DNA from: Planctomycetota bacterium
GTDB taxonomy: Bacteria; Planctomycetota; UBA1135; GCA-002686595
DNA: 64,000 bases
Assembly (NCBI GenBank): GCA_047618565.1
Contig: JBLHKW010000001.1
Span: 99,019 to 163,018, forward strand
Direction: 5' to 3'
Shown here: positions 8,539-17,330 of the stretch, in pieces
Numbering within the stretch: the first letter of the stretch is position 1
Layout of the letters: the number at the start of each line of letters is the position of its first letter
Notes under the pieces: model-generated
The model's input: the letters and a program-made list of their open reading frames with translations, nothing else
What the model was told of the DNA's origin: nothing
Databases searched by the model: none
Translations under genes and position numbers: made by a program

Positions 8539-9806
8539 TAGGATGGATTATTCAGGAATGACTCGTGCGAGTCGACGGCTTCCTGATCCAAAACGCGGGC
8601 CGGGCCCCCGGCGTGCGTCAGCAGGAAGCGCGCTGATCGGGCATTGTCCGGGTACCGGTTCCGGTAGCTGTTCGACCAGGTCTCGAGGAAGGCAGCGGCC
8701 TTATCGGCCTCCACCAGAGCCCAGACCGCGCCGCCGAAGCCCGCGCCGAATGCGGACGCTGCGAGGGCGCCCAGGCTGCGTGCCTCGCGCTGGAGCAAGC
8801 TCGTCTGGGGGATCTGATTCCCGAGCAGTGCCTCCGCGGCGGCTTGTGAGCGATCCACGACCTGGCCGAACTGCTTCAGATCGCCGGCGCCCAGGGCCTC
8901 GACGGCGCCGGGGAGGAGCTCGCCCTGCTCGAGTGCGAAATGGTCAAAACGCCTTGCCAGCTCGTGCCCCGCGAAGCCGCCGTGGTCGGTGGCTTCCAGG
9001 ACCGTGCGGATCTCGCCCGCGCTGGCCGAGCGCAGCATTGCCCCCAGGTGTTCCTGATCGCCGCCGGTCGCGTGGCGCCAGGCACCAGCGGCTGCGGCCG
9101 CGAGGTCTGTTGCACGTCCGTAGAGGGCGCCCGCGTTACCTGTCTTGCGGGCCGCGACACCGCTTACCCCGATGGCGAAGACGCAGTTCGTCGGCATCTC
9201 GATGGTTCGCGTGAGCTGGTGGGGGTCGTAACTGTAGAGATGCAGCTTGTGAGCGCGGGAACACAGGATCGCGGTATGATCGCCCGCTCCGCCGCGCGTG
9301 CCCACGCCCCCGTCGGCTTCGAAGTGTGCGAAGGCGCGCCCGCTCTCGAGCGCCGCGAGATAGGCGGCCAGCGCGAGTTCCGTCCCGATGGCCCGGCGAT
9401 AGGCTTCACGTGCGTCCAGGCCCTCGGTCTCGCGCAGAGCCAGGAAGAGCATGATGAGTAGCGCGCTCGAACTCGACAGGCCCGCCGCCTGGGGCAGGTC
9501 GCTCGTCCAGGTGACCGTGGCGCCGTGACTAGGCGCGCCAAAATCGCGGGCGAAGCGCCTGGCAAACGTCCACGGGTAACGCGTCCAGTCGACGGGGGGC
9601 GACTCGCCCTGGGGCGGGAACGGACCGTGATGGCGCAGATCGCTCGAGCGGTCGTCCAGGGCGAGCTCGCCGTCTTCGCGCGCATCGACCCGGGCGCGCA
9701 AGCCGGACTCGGCCGCGCAGGTGAGGCTCGACCCGCCTGCGTAGTCCGTGTGCTTGCCGAGCACCTCGATTCGCCCTGGGACGAACGTAAATACGGTGTC
9801 AGTCAC
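8538..9806 (-). CDS. GHMP-family sugar kinase, galactokinase-like (divergent)
   Basis: The galactokinase signature region is VPGRIEVLGKHTDYAGG and the GHMP ATP motif is DLPQAAGLSSSSAL. The usual CGxMDQ segment is replaced by GGAGDHTAIL. Confidence 0.85.
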   Translation of the reverse strand: MTDTVFTFVPGRIEVLGKHTDYAGGSSLTCAAESGLRARVDAREDGELALDDRSSDLRHHGPFPPQGESPPVDWTRYPWTFARRFARDFGAPSHGATVTWTSDLPQAAGLSSSSALLIMLFLALRETEGLDAREAYRRAIGTELALAAYLAALESGRAFAHFEADGGVGTRGGAGDHTAILCSRAHKLHLYSYDPHQLTRTIEMPTNCVFAIGVSGVAARKTGNAGALYGRATDLAAAAAGAWRHATGGDQEHLGAMLRSASAGEIRTVLEATDHGGFAGHELARRFDHFALEQGELLPGAVEALGAGDLKQFGQVVDRSQAAAEALLGNQIPQTSLLQREARSLGALAASAFGAGFGGAVWALVEADKAAAFLETWSNSYRNRYPDNARSARFLLTHAGGPARVLDQEAVDSHESFLNNPS

Positions 9807-10218
9807 GGTCGTTGGGGTTGGCGGGGATTCGCGGCACTGCCATTGTCCTGAGGGTCGTCATGACGCCGCTTGGCGCGGGCCAGGGTCGCATCTGGAATGG
9901 CGATTTGCTGGCTCATTGTTCAGATCCAAGGGGCGAGGCTGTGACGAAACGCATATTGGCTGCCACCTCCTGTCGATGGAAGCGCCTCATGCTGGGGCTC
10001 GACCGGGGCGGATTGCCCCGCTGGGCTTCGAGTGCCCGCACATGTTACCGATTCCAGTCGTGATGGTACGGGCTTCCATGCTGCAGCTGGCATGCGATCC
10101 GTGAGGTGCCTGCACGGGTCGGAAATTAGATTGGCTGTCGCTCGCAAGGCCCAAACAAGGTCGATCCACGGAACCAAATCGATGCCCAGGGCATCAGGGC
10201 AAGATCGAGGAGGACGGA

Positions 10219-11331
10219 ATGAAGTACTTCAGAAGCGTCGCGACGATAGGGCTCGCCGCATTGAGTCTCGGGGCCGGGAGCGTCGAGGTCACGACGGGGG
10301 AGTCGGTCCCGAGGTTCACCATCACCACCGTCGCCGGGACGGGCGAGCGCGGGATGACGCTCGAGGAGGTCCCGGCTGTAGAGGCACTCATCGAGCGGCC
10401 CACCGCGGTGGCGGTCGACAGCAAGGGGCGGCTGTACATCGCGGATGAGCAGAACGGGCTCGTTCGCATGGTGACCCGGGACGGATTCCTGACGACCGTG
10501 ATGGGCACTGACAGCACGGACCGTCAGACCAAGGAGCGGCTCGCCGTGCTCACCAACGTCTCGAATGCCTACGGGATCGCCACGGACCTGGAAGACAACC
10601 TCTACGTCTTGAGTCGCGGTCACAGCAAGATCTTCAAGGTCGGGAGTGAGGGCTACGCGCGCTGCATCGTGGGTAACGGCCGGCAGGGCTTCGGGGGCGA
10701 TGGCGGTCCCGCTCTGGATGCCATGGTGGCTTCACCGAACCACCTCGTGGCAGACGGGCATGGCAACCTGTTCATCGCTGATACCGGGAACCACCGCATT
10801 CGAAAGGTGTCGAAGGACGGCGTGATCACCACCGTGGCGGGTACCGGGGTCGTCGGGTTTGCCGGTGATGGGGGGCCAGCCATCGCGGCCCAGCTCGGTG
10901 TGCCCTCGGCCATCGCCATCGATCTGGCCGGCAACCTCTACATCGCCGACTTCTTCAACCACCGCATCCGCAAGGTGTCCACCGACGGGATCATCACGTC
11001 GATCGCTGGCACGGGGAAGTCTGGTTACAACGGTGACGGCAAGTCGGCGGTCGAGTGTCAGATCGGTGAACCCTGTGGTGTGGCGGTCGACCGGGAGGGG
11101 TACGTGTATATCGGGGACCAGCTGAATAATCGGGTGCGCGTCGTGACCCCGAAGGGAATCATGCACACGGTGGCCGGCACCGGTGTACGCGGGCACACCG
11201 GCGACGGCGGGCCGGCCGAGCAGGCCGAGATATCGAATCCGGACATTCTTGCCTTCGATACCCAGGGCAATCTCTACTTCCCCGACCACGTCAACTGTGT
11301 CGTGCGCAAGCTCACCCGCGTGACGGAGTAG
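10219..11331 (+). CDS. Secreted NHL-repeat beta-propeller protein
   Basis: GAGGAGG RBS and a signal peptide are present. The blades repeat L(Y/F)IAD..NHRIRKV..DG.ITT(V/I)AGTG..G..GDGG.A. Confidence 0.9.
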   Translation: MKYFRSVATIGLAALSLGAGSVEVTTGESVPRFTITTVAGTGERGMTLEEVPAVEALIERPTAVAVDSKGRLYIADEQNGLVRMVTRDGFLTTVMGTDSTDRQTKERLAVLTNVSNAYGIATDLEDNLYVLSRGHSKIFKVGSEGYARCIVGNGRQGFGGDGGPALDAMVASPNHLVADGHGNLFIADTGNHRIRKVSKDGVITTVAGTGVVGFAGDGGPAIAAQLGVPSAIAIDLAGNLYIADFFNHRIRKVSTDGIITSIAGTGKSGYNGDGKSAVECQIGEPCGVAVDREGYVYIGDQLNNRVRVVTPKGIMHTVAGTGVRGHTGDGGPAEQAEISNPDILAFDTQGNLYFPDHVNCVVRKLTRVTE

Positions 11332-11557
11332 GCGCGTGCCCTGTCAGGGTTGGATCTTCAGCTCGCACGCGCGAGAGCCCAGGAGTGCGAACACGCGCGC
11401 CTGTGCCATGACCTCGTCGCGGGGTGTATCGACGGACAACACGTAGTCGAAACCTGCGTGGCCGTGACTTCCTTCGAAGCGCGCTTCGAGGGAAGGGTCG
11501 AGGGTGGTCAAGCGGGCCGCTGATCGCGCACTCGTCGTTCACGATAACCAGCTCGCG

Positions 11558-12034
11558 CTATGCGTCCCGTTCGGTGAGCGCTGTTTCCAGGGCGCGCTTT
11601 AGCCGCGAGTGAAGCTCACTGTCGACTCCGCCAGCGTCTGCGACGCGTGCACTGCCGAAGTCGTAGGCCTCGAAGGGGCCAAGCCGTCGTTTCTGCGGAT
11701 CCTCTGACGAGAAACGCGGGATGCAGTGCCCGTGCAGCTCGGGCACCTGGTTGCAGAGCACCAGGTAGTTGATGCGCTCAGCTCCGGTGGCCTCGAGGAT
11801 GGCGTCGCCCAGCAGCACCAGGTCTGCGAAGAAGCGTTCGCGCTGGCGCGGGCCGAGGTCGTTCGGTGAGGAGACAACCGGATCGGGAAGTAGCATGCAC
11901 GCACCGCGCACGGCCTCTGGTTGGTGCTTGCCCAGGATCGCGAAACCGGACGGCATGCGGGCCAGCAGTTCGGGGTCGTCGCCGGCGCGGATGCGCGCCA
12001 CGCGCATGCTGATCGCCTGGGAGGGATTCGTCAT
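11558..12034 (-). CDS. HIT-like (divergent histidine triad) domain protein
   Basis: Only the 158-aa C-terminal part of ORF 11558..12502, from ATG 12034, looks coding. It carries the motif NQVPELHGHCIPRF. The upstream part of the ORF is Arg/Pro-rich shadow. Confidence 0.55.
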   Translation of the reverse strand: MTNPSQAISMRVARIRAGDDPELLARMPSGFAILGKHQPEAVRGACMLLPDPVVSSPNDLGPRQRERFFADLVLLGDAILEATGAERINYLVLCNQVPELHGHCIPRFSSEDPQKRRLGPFEAYDFGSARVADAGGVDSELHSRLKRALETALTERDA

Positions 12035-12078
12035 GGGCAGATGATAGGGCCCGGATCCGCGAAGCACAGCCGCGTCCG

Positions 12079-15000
12079 TCACTCCCAGGACATGGCCAGG
12101 GCGGACAGGTGCGGGAGGAGACCGTTGGCGATGTTGGAACGGAACGTGAGGCGTACCTGGTAGTAGCGCGAACCGTCGATGCCCGTGGGGTTGTCGTTCC
12201 CGGGCGCTTCGAGTGCGCGCCAGTCGTCCGTACGGCCGAGGAAGTCGATCGTCGTGTTGGAGTACTTGAGGTCGCGCGTGCCGTCCAGGTCTACATAATG
12301 GTTGCCATAGGCGTCGATCGTGTTCGCGTTGAAGCGCGGGTCGGCTCCTGGCGCTCCACGATCCGTGATCGTAACGGCTCCCCGGAAGGCCAGGTCGAGG
12401 CTGGTTCCGGAGGGCTGATCCACAGGCGACGGGTCCGTCAACGGATAGTCGAATCTTGGAGCCGTGAAGAAGCCTCCCCCTGGATCGACCGCTGCAAACC
12501 ACACGGAAACAGAGCGGCTGATGCGCACCACGAAATCCATCGCGCCAAGGTAGATGGTGGGGTCGGTGCTGGGCGTCGACTGGCCCCCGTTTGCCGGGTT
12601 GTATCCGCCGTTGGCGACTTCTTCGAGGTCCGGATCGATCGTCACCACGCTGCCGTCAGGCGCGAAGCCGCCCGTGCTGAAGGTCCGGTAGATCGGCTTC
12701 CTGAACGCGGGCGAAGCCAGGACGATCTCCAGCGAGTTGTTGCCCAGGGCGTCGGCGGCGGCCGGGTAGCAGCGGTGCTCGATCAGCAGTGGCAGGCCGA
12801 CTGTCTGGATGTTCAGGGTCGAGTACATGACGTCGCGGGGGAGACCCACCGGAATCACGCTGAAGGGATCCACGCCGCCATTGTTCTTCCCCCCGCGGCC
12901 GGAGATGCCCGTGTCTCTCCAGGTGTAGGTGATCACTTCGTGTGATAAATCGCGGTTCATCGGCCAGGGCATGACGAGCCTCCCGGATGAGGTCAGGAAG
13001 CCGTCGCCCGGGTCCACGACATACCCACGTTCGCGCGGGTGGACGAGCTTCATGGGCGACACTTCCGGTGTCAGAACCTGCATCGAGTAGTCACGCACCA
13101 CGCCGCTCGACGGAAACCGCAGGCAACCGGTCTGCCCCTGGGTCGACTCGTCTGGAGCCCGGTCGCTGTGCGCGAGCCGCATCTGGTACTCGGGGAAGAC
13201 GTCGGCCGTGACGATCCCGAGGGCTGGCGCCCAGTGCAAACCCTCCACGTCGATGTTGTAGTTCGTCGCGTCGCGCAGATCCATGCCCACATCCAGGTAG
13301 CGATAAATGTGGGTCATCCTCGATCCGAAGGGTGACAGTGGAGTCTGGATGCCGCTCGGGAAGGGAGTCATCGGCGCGATGATCCGTTGCGATGGATCCA
13401 CCGGGACCTGGAAGCGTGAGACTGCACGCGGGCGGATCAGCCCCGCTTCCACGTCGTAGACGTGCTGCCCCGTCCACTCGGGCAACGACTGCGTGTCATC
13501 GCCTATCGGCTCGTCCTCGTCCGGTGCGCTGAAGCGGGTGATCCGGCCGCCGCTACGGTGGGTGGGCTGGTCCGGCGCCAGTTCAAAGCGGACCTGCGGC
13601 AGCGCAACCTCGAGCGGGTTGCCGGCCAGGTCCCGTGGACCGCCCGCCCCGGCGGCGAAGGTGAGGAAGTAGTCCTCTCCGGAGCCCACGTCGTGGTCGA
13701 GGTTGAAGCTGGGGACGAATGTGAAGCTGCGCAGGTCCTGTGATCGAGCGATCTGGCCGACCACAAGGTCCACCGACCTCGTCGGCTGCGCGACGCGCGT
13801 CAAGGTGATCGAGTCGAAGGGCGAAAGGGACGCAGGGTCCATCACCTCACTGAACCGCAGTCCACTGGTGACGTTCACGCCGAGGTCGCGGTCCGGCCTG
13901 TCGGCGACAGGCGGCGGTGGGGAGAAACGGACATAGCACGCGGCGGGCGGACCGCTAATCGCATCGTAAACGGTCGAATAGGTGGCGGCGCCGAGGGCTG
14001 TTCCGGACCAGGCTGCGGGCCATGCGGGGTTGTCGGGGAACCCGAGCAGGCGCACGCGTACGCCGGTTGCGACGCCGTCGTTCGGGAAGACCGCATCCTC
14101 GATCACCTCAGCATAGACCAGGTCTTGCTGCAGCACGTCGCCGATGCCAGGCGCGACGGCGCAGGTGGTCGAATCGAAGCGCATCGCTCGGATCGTGAAG
14201 ACGTTCTCGTCTTGCGCGTCCTGCACCGGTGGCGTTTCGATGAAGACGCGCTGCTGGCCGAGCAGGCATGGAACGACATCATCACGCAGGAAACCGTTGT
14301 GGGGGTCTGCGGTCACGTTCTCCGGGCCGCCCGAGCGCATGGCGCGCAGCACGTCCTGGGTTGGCGATCCGAGATCCGCGCTTCCGTTCTCTGCGACGGA
14401 CAGGGCGCTCCCGGACGGATTGCGCAGGATGACCTCCTGTCCAAAGGATGCATCCTCGCGCGTCGGGATGCGCAGCTGAATGTTGGCGACGTTGACACTT
14501 GCGCTGGGAGGGAAGCCGAGCCCGTTCACGGGTAGTGGCGGGTTCTGCCCAAAGGCTTCGAACTCCGAGATGGTCGGGTCGATGACCAGTCGCGTCGTGT
14601 AGAAATCGAGCGTTCCGTCTCCATCGAGATCGACCAGGTCTCCGTGGTTGAGATCGGGGAATACGCGCGCTTCAAAATGGTCGACCGTTGGCGCTCCTGT
14701 CCGTACGTGGACGGTCTCCTGGCTGGCCAGGCGCGAATCCAGCAGGTCGTCAAAGGTGAGGATCAAGACGGAGTTGCGCGGCACCATGGTGAAGAGCCCG
14801 GAGCTTCCGATGCCATGGTCAAAGATCGGTGCGAGATTGACTTCCGCTTGCCTTAGAAGGTTGAAGAACTCGGATCGCCCGGTCGGGTCGTTCACGTTTC
14901 GCAGGATTGTGAGCGACTCGACTCCTGTGATCGGGTTGGTCTGCAGCTGATAGCGGCTGGGGTCGTCGACCAGCCCTCCGGCGATGACGAACTCCTTCTG

Positions 15001-15258
15001 CATCCCGATCGAGTTCCCCTGGCCGTCGAGGCCGAAGACTTCGACGAGCCGGCCCCAGTGCAGGGCGGCCAGGTGCAGCTCCTGGGCATTACCGCCAAAG
15101 TTTTGTTCCACCAGGAACGTCGAACCATCCGGGCGCTGACCTACGGGGCCCATCACATTCGTTCGCGGCCCGGGCGACATGGCGTCGTTGCACGCGATGG
15201 GCAACCCGGCTACGAGAATGGGCAGGAGGACTCTTTGGACTCTCGGGCTCGGTTGCAT
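12079..15258 (-). CDS. Large (~1059 aa) hypothetical lipoprotein, probably multi-Ig/beta-sandwich
   Basis: The start is ATG 15258 with a lipobox (LVAGLPIAC). The long ORF has protein-like composition. One segment resembles SbsA-type Ig-like domains (LRFSEVMDPASLSPFDSITL). Confidence 0.8.
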   Translation of the reverse strand: MQPSPRVQRVLLPILVAGLPIACNDAMSPGPRTNVMGPVGQRPDGSTFLVEQNFGGNAQELHLAALHWGRLVEVFGLDGQGNSIGMQKEFVIAGGLVDDPSRYQLQTNPITGVESLTILRNVNDPTGRSEFFNLLRQAEVNLAPIFDHGIGSSGLFTMVPRNSVLILTFDDLLDSRLASQETVHVRTGAPTVDHFEARVFPDLNHGDLVDLDGDGTLDFYTTRLVIDPTISEFEAFGQNPPLPVNGLGFPPSASVNVANIQLRIPTREDASFGQEVILRNPSGSALSVAENGSADLGSPTQDVLRAMRSGGPENVTADPHNGFLRDDVVPCLLGQQRVFIETPPVQDAQDENVFTIRAMRFDSTTCAVAPGIGDVLQQDLVYAEVIEDAVFPNDGVATGVRVRLLGFPDNPAWPAAWSGTALGAATYSTVYDAISGPPAACYVRFSPPPPVADRPDRDLGVNVTSGLRFSEVMDPASLSPFDSITLTRVAQPTRSVDLVVGQIARSQDLRSFTFVPSFNLDHDVGSGEDYFLTFAAGAGGPRDLAGNPLEVALPQVRFELAPDQPTHRSGGRITRFSAPDEDEPIGDDTQSLPEWTGQHVYDVEAGLIRPRAVSRFQVPVDPSQRIIAPMTPFPSGIQTPLSPFGSRMTHIYRYLDVGMDLRDATNYNIDVEGLHWAPALGIVTADVFPEYQMRLAHSDRAPDESTQGQTGCLRFPSSGVVRDYSMQVLTPEVSPMKLVHPRERGYVVDPGDGFLTSSGRLVMPWPMNRDLSHEVITYTWRDTGISGRGGKNNGGVDPFSVIPVGLPRDVMYSTLNIQTVGLPLLIEHRCYPAAADALGNNSLEIVLASPAFRKPIYRTFSTGGFAPDGSVVTIDPDLEEVANGGYNPANGGQSTPSTDPTIYLGAMDFVVRISRSVSVWFAAVDPGGGFFTAPRFDYPLTDPSPVDQPSGTSLDLAFRGAVTITDRGAPGADPRFNANTIDAYGNHYVDLDGTRDLKYSNTTIDFLGRTDDWRALEAPGNDNPTGIDGSRYYQVRLTFRSNIANGLLPHLSALAMSWE

Positions 15259-15438
15259 GTAAGAGTGACGGGAACGGTGAATCCCGCGTGACGCGACGAG
15301 CATAGCACGCGCGCCTCAGGCGACGGAATCGGCCTGCAGCGGTCTTTCGCTTGGGCGCGGGATCCCGGCGCCATGCCCCCTCTGGCCTGGTGTACAATCG
15401 TCATTCTTGCTTCAGCGGCTTTTCACGAGGTGTCTTCA

Positions 15439-16191
15439 ATGATCGGGACTGTTTTGCGGGTCGGGCTACTCTTCAATCTGCTGCTTGCCACCCCGGCGCT
15501 AGCGGACACGATCGTCACTTTCGATGCCGGCGCCGAAGGATGGACCGGGGTGGGAGCCGTAGAGCCAGCGGGTGGAAACCCCGGGGCCAATTTTCGGATG
15601 CTCAATCCGGATACCTTCGGGATGACGCTGCGCAACACGACCCATCCGGATTTCGTGTTCGACTATACGAGCGTCACGTCGGCGACGATCAGCGTCGACG
15701 TGCAGGTGGCGGACATATCGTTCTTCGGAAGTGCCGTGAGCCGTCCCTGGATCGTCGAGCTGCGTGACTACGACAGTCCGCCGGCCGGCTATCCATTCGT
15801 GTCGGTCTGGTACAAGTTCACGGAGATCTCGGCGGCTCAGAATGCAAGCTGGACGACCTACTCGGTGATGATCGCCGACACATCCGCTGCGGCTCTTCCC
15901 GCGGGGTGGGGTGGAACGGGCGCCGAGACCGGCACCGGTGAGCCGCTGCTTCCCGCCGACCGCACGTTCGCCAGCGTGCTTGCGGGAGTCGATGAGGCCG
16001 TGTTCACGACGTTCGAGCCTGGCTTCTTCTATGGCTTCACGGCGTTCGACATGCGTGTGGACAACATCGGAATCGCGACGGTTGGTGTCCCGGCCCCCGT
16101 GCCAGCACTTCCGGCATGGGGCGCGCTGCTGCTCGTCACCTGCTTGCTCGCTGGCGGCAGCGTGGTGATACGTCGACGCGCGGTTGCATAG
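15439..16191 (+). CDS. Secreted protein with IPTL-CTERM-like (exosortase-type) C-terminal sorting signal
   Basis: The signal peptide is MIGTVLRVGLLFNLLLATPALA. The C-terminus VPALPAWGALLLVTCLLAGGSVVIRRR resembles IPTLsxWG + TM helix + Arg cluster. Confidence 0.75.
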   Translation: MIGTVLRVGLLFNLLLATPALADTIVTFDAGAEGWTGVGAVEPAGGNPGANFRMLNPDTFGMTLRNTTHPDFVFDYTSVTSATISVDVQVADISFFGSAVSRPWIVELRDYDSPPAGYPFVSVWYKFTEISAAQNASWTTYSVMIADTSAAALPAGWGGTGAETGTGEPLLPADRTFASVLAGVDEAVFTTFEPGFFYGFTAFDMRVDNIGIATVGVPAPVPALPAWGALLLVTCLLAGGSVVIRRRAVA

Positions 16192-16315
16192 AGGTCGGGG
16201 CGTGCCAGGCCATGGTGCGTGCCACCCTCCTGGTAGGGCTGTGGCGACCTGAATCACGATCTTGCCGCCCGCCCTTGACCAACGGGGTAGGGTTCATCTG
16301 GTAGAGGACTATCCG

Positions 16316-17029
16316 ATGGATGAAGAGCATAAGTACACCCAGAACCCCGGCGCCAAGCCCGGCGGTTCATGGCCGCGTCGCGTTCGCGTCTCGATCGAGG
16401 GCGCCTGGAAGGAGGCGACCAAGCTGGCCGAGACCCTCCTGGACACGCTTGCACTCCCGGCGGGCGGCTTTTCGATCATCGCATTCGGATGGATGACCTC
16501 CGTTGGTTTCTTTGCATTGAGCATCGCGGTCGGAGTGGTCGTCGCCACGGGCGGATTGCTGCTCTTCATTGGCCTCGAGTGTCTGGCGCTCATGGCCTAC
16601 GCCTATCCAGGGGCCTTGTTCTTGGTGGCCGTCGCGGGCTCGCTGGCTCCACCTCTGGTGCTCTACTGGCTACTGCACTCGTTGCTGGGCATCGAGGGCG
16701 GCTGGACAGACTGGGGCGCGTACCCGCTGCTCTTGACGGGGCTCTTCGGCTCCTATTACTACTGGCGCTTCGGGCGGGTCATCGCGGTGACCGGCGCAGG
16801 CGCCGTGGCCTTCTACCGCGGAGCCGCGCCCAAGGCGAACGAGATCTTCGGCGCCCCCTTCGCGATCTTCGCGGGCGTCTGGGACGTCATCAAGCTGGTG
16901 CTCGGGCTGTTTAGGCGTGTTGCTGGCGAGTTCTTTGGGTTGCTCGGTCGCCGCGCCAGGCGCGCTGACCCCCAGCCATCGCCGACCGAAGATCCCGGTT
17001 CAGACGAGCCCTCCGCTTCCGGACCGTGA
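16316..17029 (+). CDS. Hypothetical polytopic membrane protein
   Basis: Starts at ATG 16316 (MDEEHKY..). Four to five hydrophobic helices are followed by a charged, Pro-rich tail. Confidence 0.6.
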   Translation: MDEEHKYTQNPGAKPGGSWPRRVRVSIEGAWKEATKLAETLLDTLALPAGGFSIIAFGWMTSVGFFALSIAVGVVVATGGLLLFIGLECLALMAYAYPGALFLVAVAGSLAPPLVLYWLLHSLLGIEGGWTDWGAYPLLLTGLFGSYYYWRFGRVIAVTGAGAVAFYRGAAPKANEIFGAPFAIFAGVWDVIKLVLGLFRRVAGEFFGLLGRRARRADPQPSPTEDPGSDEPSASGP

Positions 17030-17279
17030 CTCCACGCACCCTGCGTGCATCGCTGTCAGCATTGCGGAACATGCGTGCGCTGACCGTCGTCCAACACATT
17101 CGAGAACAGGTCTTGCGGGAATCGCGATCGTCATTCACGGTGGATCTGTAAGCGAAACGACATGTGCCTCTTCAACGCCAGCTTCCGTTCCTCCAACGTC
17201 GACGCCCTATTTATGGGCGCCGTCCACGGATGGGTCGGAGCATGCTCTGGCTGAGAACGGCATAGAAACCAAACGAAAG

Positions 17280-17312
17280 CCCATCCGAGACGCGCGTCGG
17301 ACGGGTTTTTTT
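17280..17312 (+). terminator. Strong terminator-like hairpin plus T7 in the leader of the aromatic amino-acid fusion gene (candidate attenuator)
   Basis: CCCATCCGA (17280-17288) pairs with TCGGACGGG (17297-17305): 8 of 9 bp, with an 8-nt loop. TTTTTTT follows at 17306-17312. The hairpin lies 250 nt after the previous stop and 19 nt before ATG 17331. Confidence 0.55.
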
Positions 17313-17330
17313 CGTAGGCGCGCAGATCGG

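Noticed and set aside
17030-17279. A pheL-type leader peptide upstream of the terminator-like hairpin.
   Set aside because: The small ORFs present (MCLFNASFRSSNVDALFMGAVHGWVGACSG at 17162-17254, and MGRSMLWLRTA) contain no run of Phe, Tyr or Trp codons and have no RBS. I kept the hairpin as a finding, but not the leader-peptide model.
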